A DNA stretch of 64,000 nucleotides from an uncultured candidatus Brocadiaceae bacterium (GTDB taxonomy: Bacteria > Planctomycetota > Brocadiia > SM23-32). The stretch is from positions 10,060-74,059 of the forward strand of contig CAZFSS010000015.1 in the NCBI GenBank assembly GCA_964521715.1, in the 5' to 3' direction. Below the pieces are notes generated by a model. The model was given only the letters and a program-made list of their open reading frames with translations. It was not told where the DNA came from and did not search any database. The position numbers and the translations under genes were made by a program. Positions 45,473 through 57,339 of this stretch are shown here, one piece after another; the first letter of the stretch is position 1; every line of letters starts with the position of its first letter.

Positions 45473-46596
45473 GGACCATTCGAGAGATCACGGGGCGCGT
45501 CTTCCCGAAGCGGATGCCCTGGCACGTGCTGGCGTTGGCGCTCGCGCTGACGTGCATCGGGGCGGCCTTCATCCGCAGCGCGCACTCTGCCGCGTACGCC
45601 TACAGGCACCTCGTGTTCGCCGGGATAGGGTGCGCGGCGTTCGTGGGGCTGTCCTTCTTGGACTACCGGCACCTGCGCGGGATCGCTTTGCTGCTCTACG
45701 GGGCGGGGATGCTGGCGCTGGCGGGGCTGCCGCTGTTCGGCGTGGTGGTCAACAACGCGCGGCGGTGGTACGACCTGGGGCTGTTCCACGCTCAGCCGTC
45801 CGAGCCGATGAAGTACCTGCTGGTCATCGCCCTGGCGGACTACTTCCGGCTGCGGCCCCGGCGCGACCGGCTCAGGGACATGCTGGCGCCGCTGGCGCTG
45901 ACAGTCGTCCCCATGCTGCTGATCGCCATTGAGCCGGACTTCGGGACGGCGCTGATCTTCGCTCCCGTGGTGTTCGGAATGGCGTTCCTGGGCGGGGTGA
46001 AGGTGCGCAACCTGGCGATCCTTGCGGCGGGGGGCTGCCTGCTGCTCGCGGCGGTCTGGTTGACGCCTGGCGCCCTGAGGGACTACCAGAGGGAGCGGGT
46101 CATGAGCTTCGTCGATCCGGGCCGCAATCCGGACACGAGCGCCGCCTACAATGCGCGGCAGGCCACGATCGCCATCAGCGCCGGCGGTCTGAGGGGACAG
46201 GGCTGGGGGCAGGGCGTACTGAATCGCCTGGGCCGCGTGCCCGAGCGGCATACGGACTTCATATTCCCCGTGATTGCGGAGGAATGGGGATTCGTCCGCA
46301 CGGCCGGCGTCATCTTCCTGTACTTGCTGCTTGTGTTCCTGCTGGCGCGGCTGGCGCGGGCGACCCGTGAGCCGTTCGGGCGCCTGCTGATAGGGGGGGT
46401 CATGATCGTCTTCGCCGTGCAGAGCCTGCTGCACATGGCGATCTCGCTGCGGCTTGCCCCCATCACGGGCCTGACGCTGCCGCTGATCAGCTACGGGGGG
46501 TCCTCGCTGGTGAGCACGTACGCCGGCCTGGGGCTGGCCGCGAGCGTGCGCATGCACCGGAGCGTCGGGTTCGAGGGTGACGAGCCGGGCTGGTAG
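45469..46596 (+). CDS. rodA: SEDS protein (RodA/FtsW family)
   Basis: ARRW, QPSE, EPDFGT, HTDFIF, LISYGGSS. Confidence 0.9.
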   Translation: MRTIREITGRVFPKRMPWHVLALALALTCIGAAFIRSAHSAAYAYRHLVFAGIGCAAFVGLSFLDYRHLRGIALLLYGAGMLALAGLPLFGVVVNNARRWYDLGLFHAQPSEPMKYLLVIALADYFRLRPRRDRLRDMLAPLALTVVPMLLIAIEPDFGTALIFAPVVFGMAFLGGVKVRNLAILAAGGCLLLAAVWLTPGALRDYQRERVMSFVDPGRNPDTSAAYNARQATIAISAGGLRGQGWGQGVLNRLGRVPERHTDFIFPVIAEEWGFVRTAGVIFLYLLLVFLLARLARATREPFGRLLIGGVMIVFAVQSLLHMAISLRLAPITGLTLPLISYGGSSLVSTYAGLGLAASVRMHRSVGFEGDEPGW

Positions 46597-46691
46597 GGCG
46601 CCGGTTGAAAGGCTGCCCGGTGCGCCTTAGAATGCCTCCGAGCGCCGGGCAAGGCGCTCTCGACGGCAACACGTTCGATCCGGAGACTGCC

Positions 46692-48041
<1,350 letters not shown>

Positions 48042-48048
48042 CAGGGCG

Positions 48049-48921
48049 TCAGAGCACCACTTTGTTGAGCGGGTACTCGATGATGCCTTCGGCGCCTGCG
48101 CGCTTCAGCTCGGGGATAAGGGACCGGGCGACGCTCTCGTCCAGGACCGTCTCGACGGCGTAGCCCGATTCGTCCGCCAGGTTGCTGATGGTCGGCCTGC
48201 GCAGGGCGGGCAGCAGCTCGAGCACCTGGTCCAGCGCGCCGTTGGGCACGTTCATCTTGAGGCCTACCTTGCTCTGGCCCAGCACGGCGCCTTTGAGCAG
48301 CATGCCCAGGTTCTCGATCTTCGTGCGTTCCCAGGGGTCCTCCCACGCCTCGTGCGAAGCGATCAGCTCGGTCGTGCTCTCCATGACGGTGTCAACGATC
48401 CGCAGGCGGTTGGCGCGCAGGCTCTCACCGGTCTCGGTCAGCTCCACTATGGCGTCCACCAGGTCGGGGACTTTGGTTTCGGTGGCGCCGTGGCTGAACT
48501 CGACTTCGGCCTTCACGCGCCGCTGCTGGAGGAACTTGCGGGTCACGTTGACCAGTTCGGTGCTGACGGCCTTGCCGTTCAGGTCTTCGACGCGCTGGAT
48601 GGGCGAGCCGTCGGGGACGGCGATGACCCAGCGGACGGGCATCAGTCGCTGCTTCGCGTAGACGAGCTCGACGACGGTGACGACGTCGCTCTCGTTCTCG
48701 GCCACCCAGTCCGTGCCGGTCAGCCCGCAGTCGACCGTTCCCTTCTCGACGAAGCGCGACATGTCCTGGGGCCGCATCAGGCGCGCCTCGATCTCGTCGT
48801 CGTCGATAGCGGGGTAATAGGAGCGGCCGCTCGCCTCCACGCGGTAGCCCGCTTTGAGCATGATCTGGACGGTGGCTTCTTGGAGGCTTCCTGTTGGGAT
48901 TCCAAGGACGAGCTTGTTCAT
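48049..48921 (-). CDS. hisG: ATP phosphoribosyltransferase, long form
   Basis: IPTGSL, HGATE, DAIVELTETG. Confidence 0.96.
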   Translation of the reverse strand: MNKLVLGIPTGSLQEATVQIMLKAGYRVEASGRSYYPAIDDDEIEARLMRPQDMSRFVEKGTVDCGLTGTDWVAENESDVVTVVELVYAKQRLMPVRWVIAVPDGSPIQRVEDLNGKAVSTELVNVTRKFLQQRRVKAEVEFSHGATETKVPDLVDAIVELTETGESLRANRLRIVDTVMESTTELIASHEAWEDPWERTKIENLGMLLKGAVLGQSKVGLKMNVPNGALDQVLELLPALRRPTISNLADESGYAVETVLDESVARSLIPELKRAGAEGIIEYPLNKVVL

Positions 48922-48975
48922 CGTTGTCTCCGGCGGCTGAAGCGCTGGGCCCGGCCCGCGCAGGGCCCCGGCCCG

Positions 48976-49641
48976 TCACTTCCCGCCGTTGCACAGGGCT
49001 GCCAGCGGGCACCTATCGCACAGAGGATCCTCGGGCAGGCAGACGTCCTCAGCGTAGTCGCAGAAGAACATATGCAGCGTCGGGAAGTACGCGCGATCGA
49101 AGGTTTTGGCCAGGGCGCGCTGGTTCTTCAGGGTCGGACGAGGGTTGTCCAGCAGGCCGAGGCGGTGGCACATCCGGCCAACGGCGGCCGAGCACGGCAG
49201 CACATCGACGGCCAGGCTGAGCAGGAGCACTTCGTCGGCGAGCTCCCGGCGCACCAGGGGCAGGCTTTCCAGGCAGCTGCGGGCCTGTGTCGGCGTCAGC
49301 TCGCTCAGGAAGTTCAGGTTCGTCCTGTTGTAGAGCTGGTAGAGCCCGCCGAGGAGCCAGACGACTCGTTCGGCGCCTTCCCGCGCCCACGAGGCGGACG
49401 AAAGGGCAGCCGCCACTTCCGCCGGATGGCTTACGCGCACCTCGTTCCAGTCAACGAAGGCGTGCTTCAGCTCGCTGAGGGCGCGCGTGGCCCTGCGCAC
49501 GCTGGTCAGGTGGTAGAAGACGCTCAGGACAAGCTGGTCCAGCGGGGGCCTCTCCTTGCGGTTCTTCAGCTCACCATGCTTGTCGATGGCGACGCGGATC
49601 AGCCTGGCCGCTCGTCTGGTTCGTTCTTTCTTCGAAAGCAC
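48976..49641 (-). CDS. Endonuclease III-like HhH-GPD protein, catalytically degenerate
   Basis: FVDWNEVRVS, HhH-like segment, C-x6-C-x2-C-x5-C. Confidence 0.8.
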   Translation of the reverse strand: MLSKKERTRRAARLIRVAIDKHGELKNRKERPPLDQLVLSVFYHLTSVRRATRALSELKHAFVDWNEVRVSHPAEVAAALSSASWAREGAERVVWLLGGLYQLYNRTNLNFLSELTPTQARSCLESLPLVRRELADEVLLLSLAVDVLPCSAAVGRMCHRLGLLDNPRPTLKNQRALAKTFDRAYFPTLHMFFCDYAEDVCLPEDPLCDRCPLAALCNGGK

Positions 49642-49674
49642 CGATAGCTCGCCGTCTGAGTTCCCCGCAAGGGG

Positions 49675-50043
49675 TCAAGAAGTCTCCCGGAACTCCCGGT
49701 CCTCCCGCCGCGCTTCGTCGATGAGCTTCTCGACGCGCATGGCCCTATGCAGTTCGACGTCCTCCGCAAACTCGAGGACCGGCGTATAGCGCAGCTTAAG
49801 GCGATCGCCGATCAGACCCTGGATGTAGCCTTTGGCCCGCCTCAGCGTGCGGAGCGTACGGTCCCTCTGCTCATCCGAGCCGTGCACGACGATCTTGACC
49901 TTCGCGGAGCGCTGATCTGCGCTCAGTTCGACGCCCGTGAGAGTCACGAAGCCGGCGCCGGGATCCTTCATCTCATACAGGACGATGTTGCTGAGCTCCC
50001 GGCGCAGCATCTCCTCGATTCGTCTCTGCTTGCGAGGGTTCAT
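49675..50043 (-). CDS. rbfA: Ribosome-binding factor A
   Basis: VTLTGVELSADQRSAKV, LRYTPVLEF. Confidence 0.95.
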   Translation of the reverse strand: MNPRKQRRIEEMLRRELSNIVLYEMKDPGAGFVTLTGVELSADQRSAKVKIVVHGSDEQRDRTLRTLRRAKGYIQGLIGDRLKLRYTPVLEFAEDVELHRAMRVEKLIDEARREDREFRETS

Positions 50044-50071
50044 TGCCTGTCACCGCGGACGAGAGGATGGC

Positions 50072-50353
50072 CTACAGGATCTCGATGGTATAGTCCACGA
50101 GCTGAACCGCAGGGAACCTCCTGACGGCGTCCACGAGCTTGTCGAGCGAGCCGTTCGTGTACCGGCTGTCGTTGGAGACCTGCGCCGCGCCGATGACGGC
50201 GCTCTGAATCATGTCCTGGTTGCCTATCTCTGCGATGCTGACGTTGAAGCTCCGCCGGAGCCTCTCCTTGAGGCTTGACAGGACGCGCCTCTTGTCCTTC
50301 AAGTTCTGGGCCTCGCGAAGTGACAGCCGGATCTCCACCGTGCCGACGATCAT
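50072..50353 (-). CDS. DUF503 (YlxP-like) protein
   Basis: LKDKRRV, FNVSIAEI; sits between infB and rbfA. Confidence 0.9.
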   Translation of the reverse strand: MIVGTVEIRLSLREAQNLKDKRRVLSSLKERLRRSFNVSIAEIGNQDMIQSAVIGAAQVSNDSRYTNGSLDKLVDAVRRFPAVQLVDYTIEIL

Positions 50354-52674
50354 CGTTCTGCCGACGCGCCGGTGCCGCCTGCGGGCTTAACGGGCCCCCC
50401 TGCGGCCCTGGACGAAAGGGTACGCTTGACCTCAACCACGTTGAAGCACTCTATCCGGTCCCCGACCTCGATGTCGTTGAATCCCTGGATGTTGATGCCG
50501 CATTCGCGGCCGGCCTGGACCTCGCGAACGTCGTTCTTCTCCTGCCGCAGGGAGGCGATGGTGCCTTCGTGGATGGCGCGCCCGCCGCGGGTGACCCGGA
50601 CGCGGCAGTTGCGGCGCACGACGCCTTCAGCCACCTGGCAGCCCGCAATCGTGCCGTAGCGGCTGATGTGGAAGGTCTGCCGGACGTCCACCCACCCGAC
50701 GTGTTCCTCCTTCTCCCCCGGCTCCAGAAGCCCTTCGAGGGCAGCGCGGACCTGCTCGATCACGTTGTAGATGACCTCGAACCGGGCGACCTCGATGCCG
50801 GTTGAGGCAGCCATCTCCTGGACCTTCTCGTCCACGGCGACGCGATATGCAAGGATGATGGCATCGGAAGCGTCCGCCAGCAGGACGTCGCTCCGGTTGA
50901 CCTTGCCGACGCCGCTGTGGATCATCTTGACTGACACCTCTTCGTTGCCCAGCTCGGCCAGGCTGTTGAGGAGCGGCTCAAGCGATCCCTGCACGTCCGC
51001 CTTCACGATGACGTTGAGCTGCCGCGTCTCGCCGCGCTGAAGGCTCTCGAACAGGTTCTCCAGAGTGACGTGGCGCCGCGGCCGCAGGCGCACGGCCTCC
51101 AGCGTGCGCTGGCGCTCTTCGGCGGCGTTGCGGGCGATCTCCAGGTCGTCCACGACGACGAAGGTGTCGCCCGCTTCCGGCACTCGGTTCAGGCCGCTGA
51201 TGGCGGTCGGCTGGGCCGGCCCGGCCTCGTGGACTTCCTCGCCGCGATCGTTGTAGAGGGCCCGCACCGTGCCGTAAGCATTGCCGCACACGAGGATGTC
51301 GCCCTTGCGGAGCGTCCCGTTCTGCACGATGACGTTGGTCACGGCGCCCCGGCCGGGCATGATCCTGGCTTCCAGAGCGGCGCCCGTTGCGCTGCGGTTG
51401 GGATTGGCCTTCGTCTCCAGGAGCTCGGCCTCGAGCGTTATCCGTTCCAACAGGTCGCTCACTCCGCGGCCGGTCAGCGCGCTGAGCTCCACGCAGCCGA
51501 CGTCTCCGCCCCATTCTTCCGGATTGAGTCCCCGGCTGGCCAGTTGCTGCCGCACGCGCAGCGGGTTCGCCTCGGGCTTGTCTACCTTGTTGATGGCGAC
51601 GACGATGGGGACCTCAGCGGCCCGGGCATGGTCGATGGCCTCGATCGTCTGAGGCATGACGCCGTCATCCGCGGCAACCACCAGGACGACCACGTCCGTC
51701 ACGCGGGCTCCGCGCGCTCGCATGGCGGTGAACGCCTCGTGGCCCGGCGTGTCGATGAAGGTCACGGTATGGCCGCCGACCTGCACCTGCCAGGCGCCGA
51801 TGTCCTGCGTGATTCCCCCTGCTTCGCTCTCGGCGACGTGGGTATTGCGGATCTGGTCCAGTATGGAGGTCTTGCCGTGGTCGACGTGGCCGAGCAGCGC
51901 AACGACGGGCGGCCTGGGCACCAGATCCTCGGGGGAATCCTCGGGCAGGGACTCCAGCAGCACGTCCTCGGCGGACTTGGGTTCCGTGAGGGTGATCTCG
52001 ACCCCGTAGTCCAGGCCCAGAAGCCCCACCACTTCGTCGCCCAATATCTCGTTGATGTTGGCCCGCACGTTGTGGTTGAACATCAGCTTCTTGATTATGT
52101 CGTTGACGGGCATGCCGAGCCTTTCGGACAGCTCGCGCACGGAGACAGGGCGCATCATCTGCACCTTCTCTTCGCGCTTCTTCTCCGGCACCTTCCGCTG
52201 CTGCTTGAAGATGATCGTGCGCGTGGTTATGTGCTCGTCATCTTCGCGCTTCTTCGGCACCCGGCGCCTCCGGCGCGGCGTCGACACGTCCTCGTCGACT
52301 TCCTCCTCCTCTTGGACCGCCCGAGTCGCGCCCCGTGGTTTGGGCGGCGGCACAGGCTTGACTTCCTTGGTCAGCGGAACGGGCTCCTTCGGCGCGGGCT
52401 TCGGGGCCTCGGGCGCGGGCTTCGGAGCCTCGGGCGCGGCCCTCTCCGCCTTCGGAGGCGGCGCAGGCTTGGGCTTCGCCTTGGGGACGGGCGGCGCTTT
52501 CGGCTTGTAAAGCTTGATCGCCGTCTTGCGGATCTCGTCCGCTTCCTCGCGCGAGACGGCGTTCGAGTGGTGCGCAATGTGGGAATAGCCGCCCCTCTGG
52601 CATATCTCGACCAGCTCTGCGCTCGATATGCCGATGGCTTTGGCTATCTCGTATATCTTTACCTTATCGGGCAT
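50350..52674 (-). CDS. infB: Initiation factor IF-2
   Basis: [21 protein letters not shown]. Confidence 0.98.
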   Translation of the reverse strand: MPDKVKIYEIAKAIGISSAELVEICQRGGYSHIAHHSNAVSREEADEIRKTAIKLYKPKAPPVPKAKPKPAPPPKAERAAPEAPKPAPEAPKPAPKEPVPLTKEVKPVPPPKPRGATRAVQEEEEVDEDVSTPRRRRRVPKKREDDEHITTRTIIFKQQRKVPEKKREEKVQMMRPVSVRELSERLGMPVNDIIKKLMFNHNVRANINEILGDEVVGLLGLDYGVEITLTEPKSAEDVLLESLPEDSPEDLVPRPPVVALLGHVDHGKTSILDQIRNTHVAESEAGGITQDIGAWQVQVGGHTVTFIDTPGHEAFTAMRARGARVTDVVVLVVAADDGVMPQTIEAIDHARAAEVPIVVAINKVDKPEANPLRVRQQLASRGLNPEEWGGDVGCVELSALTGRGVSDLLERITLEAELLETKANPNRSATGAALEARIMPGRGAVTNVIVQNGTLRKGDILVCGNAYGTVRALYNDRGEEVHEAGPAQPTAISGLNRVPEAGDTFVVVDDLEIARNAAEERQRTLEAVRLRPRRHVTLENLFESLQRGETRQLNVIVKADVQGSLEPLLNSLAELGNEEVSVKMIHSGVGKVNRSDVLLADASDAIILAYRVAVDEKVQEMAASTGIEVARFEVIYNVIEQVRAALEGLLEPGEKEEHVGWVDVRQTFHISRYGTIAGCQVAEGVVRRNCRVRVTRGGRAIHEGTIASLRQEKNDVREVQAGRECGINIQGFNDIEVGDRIECFNVVEVKRTLSSRAAGGPVKPAGGTGASAER

Positions 52675-52747
52675 TGGCTGCTTCCACGGCAAGAGCACAA
52701 CTGGCTGTCAGGCCGCGCCGGCCACACCCGCGCCGTGCGCGGCAGGC

Positions 52748-54028
52748 TCAGGCTTCAGTAGAGTCCATCTCTCCTGAGTCGCGGCTCAGATCATCCGTCA
52801 ATCGCACTGCGTCCAGTCGCCCGGCCCGATCGGCCTCTTCCGGCGCCTCCACCTGTGCGACGATCTCGACCGGTTCCTGGTCCTCTGCGCGCTCGACCTG
52901 CTGGTCCGTCTCGGCGGCCAGGGCGTCCCCTTGCTCGGGGGCCACCTCTGGCTGCTCGCCCTCGGGGGCCACCGGCTCCGGTTGCTCCAACTCCCCTCCC
53001 GTCTCGGCTGGGGTGACGGCGCCTTCTTCGGTTAGTACCTCGGGCTGTCCATCCGCTTCGCCCTCTTCCGGGGGCGCCTCTTCTTCCACAGGCTCGGGCG
53101 GCTCGATGTCGATGTCCCAGCCGGTCATCTTCACGGCCAGGCGGACGTTCTGCCCCTTCCATCCGATGGCCCACGAGAGCTGGTCCTCCGGGACGACCAC
53201 GACGGCGCGCTTGGTCTCTTCTCCCTCTTCGAGCGTGATCTGAAGTATCTCAGCGGGGCGCAGGCTGGCGGCGATGAGGGTCTCGGGCGCCTCGCTCCAG
53301 GGGATGATGTCGATCTTCTCTCCCTTGACCTCGTCGATGATGCTCTTGATGCGCGTGCCCCGGACGCCCACGCAGGCGCCGATGCAGTCCACGCGGGGAT
53401 CCAGGCTCTCGACGGCGACCTTCGTGCGCAGGCCGGGCTCGCGCGCGATCTTCTTGATCTGCACGATGCCCTCGGCGACCTCGGGGACTTCGAGCTCGAA
53501 CAGGCGTCGGATGAAATCGAAGCTCGTCCGGGACAGGATGATCTTGACCAGGCTGTTCATCTTGCGCACGTCCAGGATGACGGCGCGCAGTCGTTCGCCG
53601 GCCTGGTAATGCTCGCCCGGGATCTGCTCGCTGCGTGGCAGGACGGCCTCCGTCCTCTCGACGTTGACGATGATCGTGCCGCCCTCAAAGCGCTGGACCA
53701 CGCCCATCACGAGGTTGCCGATCCGGTCGATGTACTCGTTGTAGATGGTCTCGCTTTCGGCCTCCCGCGTCTTCTGGATGAAGACCTGCTTGGCAGTCTG
53801 GGCGGCGATCCTGCCCAGAGCTTCCGGCTCGATGCGCTGGCCGTCCTTGACGGCCACCAGCTCGCCCGATTGGCGGTCGATGTGGACGGTGATGTCCTCC
53901 TCCATGCCGAAGTGCTTGCGGGCCGCCGATTGGAGCGCGCTCTCGATGGCCTGGAAGATCACCTCCTGATCGATGTCCTTGTTGCGGTGGAGGCTGTCTA
54001 CCAGGCGAAGTATCTCTTTGCCCTGCAT
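52748..54028 (-). CDS. nusA: NusA with acidic C-terminal tail
   Basis: IAAQTAKQ, AREPGLRTK, GEKIDII, GQNVRLA. Confidence 0.97.
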   Translation of the reverse strand: MQGKEILRLVDSLHRNKDIDQEVIFQAIESALQSAARKHFGMEEDITVHIDRQSGELVAVKDGQRIEPEALGRIAAQTAKQVFIQKTREAESETIYNEYIDRIGNLVMGVVQRFEGGTIIVNVERTEAVLPRSEQIPGEHYQAGERLRAVILDVRKMNSLVKIILSRTSFDFIRRLFELEVPEVAEGIVQIKKIAREPGLRTKVAVESLDPRVDCIGACVGVRGTRIKSIIDEVKGEKIDIIPWSEAPETLIAASLRPAEILQITLEEGEETKRAVVVVPEDQLSWAIGWKGQNVRLAVKMTGWDIDIEPPEPVEEEAPPEEGEADGQPEVLTEEGAVTPAETGGELEQPEPVAPEGEQPEVAPEQGDALAAETDQQVERAEDQEPVEIVAQVEAPEEADRAGRLDAVRLTDDLSRDSGEMDSTEA

Positions 54029-54217
54029 AAGGCGCCCACCCGGAGGCCAAAAAAAAGGTGCTCTACCCTTGCCCACCAAGCTCGAGCAACGCTTGCCGAA
54101 GCAAACGGGTAACGCACCAGCACTTTCCGGCACCGGCGCAATCTGCGCCGTGCCTGCTCGCACTCTTTCTACACCACTGCTGGCCCTCTCGACGCGCAGA
54201 CGGCAGGCAAGGCCTCT

Positions 54218-54247
54218 ATTGTACCCCACGCGCCCTCTGCCTGTCAA
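54218..54247 (-). promoter_or_regulatory. nusA-infB operon promoter
   Basis: TTGACA-18 nt-TACAAT on the minus strand. Confidence 0.7.
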
Positions 54248-54341
54248 GGCTGAGCCGGCCCTCCGGCAGCCCCTCAAGCCCGAGCGGGCGCCTCTGGGGC
54301 CCGGGGTCCGCGGCCTCGGCCCCGACCGGTTTCCTTGGCGG

Positions 54342-57329
54342 TCAGACCAGCCGCGTCTGCCACGCCGCCTTGAGCCGCTCCAGCGGCGCCTGGACCAACC
54401 GACGCCTGTCCAGCCCCCGGATCGTCAGCGCCCCCGAGGAGTTCGTATCCCCCACGCACGCCACCGGCAGCCCGGCCAGGGCCGCCTCGAAGTCGGCCGC
54501 CCGCTGCGGCTCGACCTCGGCCAGGAAGCGGCTGGCGGATTCGCTGAACAGCAGCACGGGATCCAGACGTTGCTCCTCCGGGCCGTCGAAGGGGACCGCG
54601 TCCAGCCGGACGTGAAGTCCCACAGCCCCCGCGAAGGCCATCTCCGCCGCAGCCACGGCCAGCCCGCCCTCGGACAGGTCGTGGCACGAGCGCACCAGGC
54701 CCCGCCGGATCGCGCCGTTCAGGGCGTTCATGATCCCGCGGGCCGACTCGATGCGGACCTGGGGCACCGTGACGCCCCACAGCCCGAACAGCTCCAGGTA
54801 GTGGGAGCCGCCGAGCTCCGGACGGGTCGCGCCCACCAGGTAGAGGCGGTTGCCCGGCGCCTTGAGGTCCATCGTGACTGCCTGCCGCACGTCGTCCATC
54901 ACGGCCATGGCGCTGATCAGAAGCGTCGGGGGGATGGATATGGTCTCGTCGCCCGTGTTGAACTCGTTGTTCAGGCTGTCCTTGCCGCTGATGAAGGGCA
55001 CGCCGAAGCCCATGGAGCAGTCATAGCAGGCCAGGGCCGCGCGCACGAGAGTGCCCAGTTGCTCGGGCCGGCGGGTGTTGCCCCAGCAGAAGTTGTCGAG
55101 GATGGCCGCGCGCTCGATGGAGGCGCCGACGGCCGTCAGGTTCCGGAGCGCCTCGTCCACGGCGCAGGCGGCGCTGTGGTAAGTGTCGATGTCCCCGTAC
55201 CTGGGATTGAGCCCGCAGGCGACGGCCAGGCCCTTGCGCGAGCCCAGCACGGGCGTGACGACGCAGGCGTCTCCGGGCCCATCGCAATCCACGCCCACCA
55301 GGGGTTTTATGACCGTCTGCCCCTGCACCTCGTGGTCATACTGGCGGATGATCCATTCCTTGGAGCGGACGTTGGGCGCCGCCAGTATCCGCTCGAGCGC
55401 CTCCGCGCAGTCGTCCGGTCCTTCAAGCGCTCGGCGGCACGCCTCGGCCTCCTGGGCCGTCGCGCTTTGCAGGGACCCGTCGACGAGGGGGTCGGGAAAC
55501 GTGGGCGGCTCCCACCGGCCCTGGCCCCTGAACCGCGGCAGGCCGTTGTGGACGAAGTCCATCGAGAGCTGCGCCACCGTATTGCCGTCGTACCTGACCG
55601 TAAGCATGCGGTCGTCCGTGTAGCGGCCGATGACGGTGGCTTCGACGTTTTCGCTCTCGAAGACGTGCATGAGGGCGTCGAGCTTCTCGGGCGGCACGGA
55701 GAGGACCATGCGCTCCTGGGCCTCGGAGATCCATATCTCGGTGTATGAAAGGCCCTCGTATTTGAGTGGGACGTCCCGTATCTCCGCCTCGGCGCCTGTT
55801 TCGGCGCCCATCTCGCCCACGGCGCAGCTCAGCCCCCCGGCGCCGCAATCGGTGATGGCGGTGTAGAGGCCGAGGTCGCGCGCCTTCAGCACCGTGTCCA
55901 CCACCTTTTTCTCCGTGATGGGATTGCCGATCTGCACGGCGCCGCCGCTAACCTCTTCGCTCTCGCTGGTCAGCTCGACGGAGGAGAAGGTGGCGCCGTG
56001 AATGCCGTCCCGGCCCGTTCGCCCGCCGACGACGACCGCCAGGTCGCCCGGGCGGGCCGCCTTTCGCACGCAGTCCCTGGGTATCAGCCCGATGTTGCCG
56101 CAGTAGACGAGCGGGTTGCCGGTGTAGCGCTCGTCGAAGTAGACGGCGCCGTTGGCCGTCGGGATCCCCATGCGGTTCCCGTAGTCGCGCACCCCGGCCA
56201 CGACGCCCTTCATCACGCGGCGCGGGTGAAGGGCGCCGCGCGGAACGTCCTCCTCGGCCATGTCCGACGGGCCGAAGCAGAAGACGTCCGTGTTCAGGAT
56301 GGGCTTGGCGCCCAGGCCCGTGCCGAGGGGGTCGCGGATGACGCCTCCGATGCCGGTGTTGGCGCCGCCGTACGGCTCAATGGCGCTGGGGTGGTTGTGG
56401 GTCTCGACCTTGAAGCAGACGTGATTGTCCTCGTCGAACTCGATGACGCCCGCGTTGTCCTCGAAGACGCTCACGCACCAGGGCTTGTCCAGCTCCCGCG
56501 TGGCGCGGGCGATGGTCTGGCCCAGCAGGTTGTCCAGAACGAGCCGCCCCTGGTCGTCCACGTAGTCGTCCCAGCCGTCCGGGATCGGCCCCTCGTAGGT
56601 GATGTGGCCTTTGAGGGTCTTGTGTACGCAGTGCTCGCTCCAGGTCTGAGCCAGGATCTCCAGCTCCACGTCGGTCGGCTCGCGGCCCAGTTGCCGGAAG
56701 TGCTCCTGGATGGTCTTCATCTCCTCCAGGGACAGCGAGAGGACCCCCTCGCGGCTGATGCGGAGCAGCTCCCCGTGCCCGGCCTCCAGGATCGGCACGG
56801 TGACGAGCTGGAAATCGTAACCTACGGAACGGAGCGGGTACTGGACCTGCGGCTGGTCGATGTGGACTTCCTCGATCGTGTTGTTGGCGAGCGCTCTCCA
56901 GGCGATCCGCTCCAGTTGCTCGCCGGTCAGGTCGCCGCGGATCAGGTACTTGCTGGCGGTGCGGATGGCCTCGACCTTGTCGGCCAGACCCAGGTCGCCC
57001 GCTCCTTTCAGGGCGCTCTGCTGCACGGGGTCCATCACGCCAGGCTTTCGCTTCACCTCGATGCTGTGGACGCCCGGCCCCTCCGCCCAGGGCCATCGTT
57101 CCTGATCGGGGCCGCAGATGCGGTACTGCTGCACCACGGGGTCGAGGAAGAGCTTCTCGGCAAGGGCGCACACCTCATCGCGTCCCAACTGCCCGTCAAC
57201 GAGGAACACGCCGACTGCGTGCACGTCGCGAGCACCGTCTATGCCGAGGTCACGGATGTCCGCCAGGGCGCTGAGCCCGGCGGGGTCCCGGCAGTCCTGC
57301 TTGTGGATTACTTCGATCCTGTATTGCAT
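54342..57329 (-). CDS. purL: FGAM synthase PurL with N-terminal PurS-like domains
   Basis: QTWSEHC, ETHNHPS, DCGAGG, SESQER-like SEAQER, GKDSL. Confidence 0.96.
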   Translation of the reverse strand: MQYRIEVIHKQDCRDPAGLSALADIRDLGIDGARDVHAVGVFLVDGQLGRDEVCALAEKLFLDPVVQQYRICGPDQERWPWAEGPGVHSIEVKRKPGVMDPVQQSALKGAGDLGLADKVEAIRTASKYLIRGDLTGEQLERIAWRALANNTIEEVHIDQPQVQYPLRSVGYDFQLVTVPILEAGHGELLRISREGVLSLSLEEMKTIQEHFRQLGREPTDVELEILAQTWSEHCVHKTLKGHITYEGPIPDGWDDYVDDQGRLVLDNLLGQTIARATRELDKPWCVSVFEDNAGVIEFDEDNHVCFKVETHNHPSAIEPYGGANTGIGGVIRDPLGTGLGAKPILNTDVFCFGPSDMAEEDVPRGALHPRRVMKGVVAGVRDYGNRMGIPTANGAVYFDERYTGNPLVYCGNIGLIPRDCVRKAARPGDLAVVVGGRTGRDGIHGATFSSVELTSESEEVSGGAVQIGNPITEKKVVDTVLKARDLGLYTAITDCGAGGLSCAVGEMGAETGAEAEIRDVPLKYEGLSYTEIWISEAQERMVLSVPPEKLDALMHVFESENVEATVIGRYTDDRMLTVRYDGNTVAQLSMDFVHNGLPRFRGQGRWEPPTFPDPLVDGSLQSATAQEAEACRRALEGPDDCAEALERILAAPNVRSKEWIIRQYDHEVQGQTVIKPLVGVDCDGPGDACVVTPVLGSRKGLAVACGLNPRYGDIDTYHSAACAVDEALRNLTAVGASIERAAILDNFCWGNTRRPEQLGTLVRAALACYDCSMGFGVPFISGKDSLNNEFNTGDETISIPPTLLISAMAVMDDVRQAVTMDLKAPGNRLYLVGATRPELGGSHYLELFGLWGVTVPQVRIESARGIMNALNGAIRRGLVRSCHDLSEGGLAVAAAEMAFAGAVGLHVRLDAVPFDGPEEQRLDPVLLFSESASRFLAEVEPQRAADFEAALAGLPVACVGDTNSSGALTIRGLDRRRLVQAPLERLKAAWQTRLV

Positions 57330-57339
57330 GGGGGGCGAT

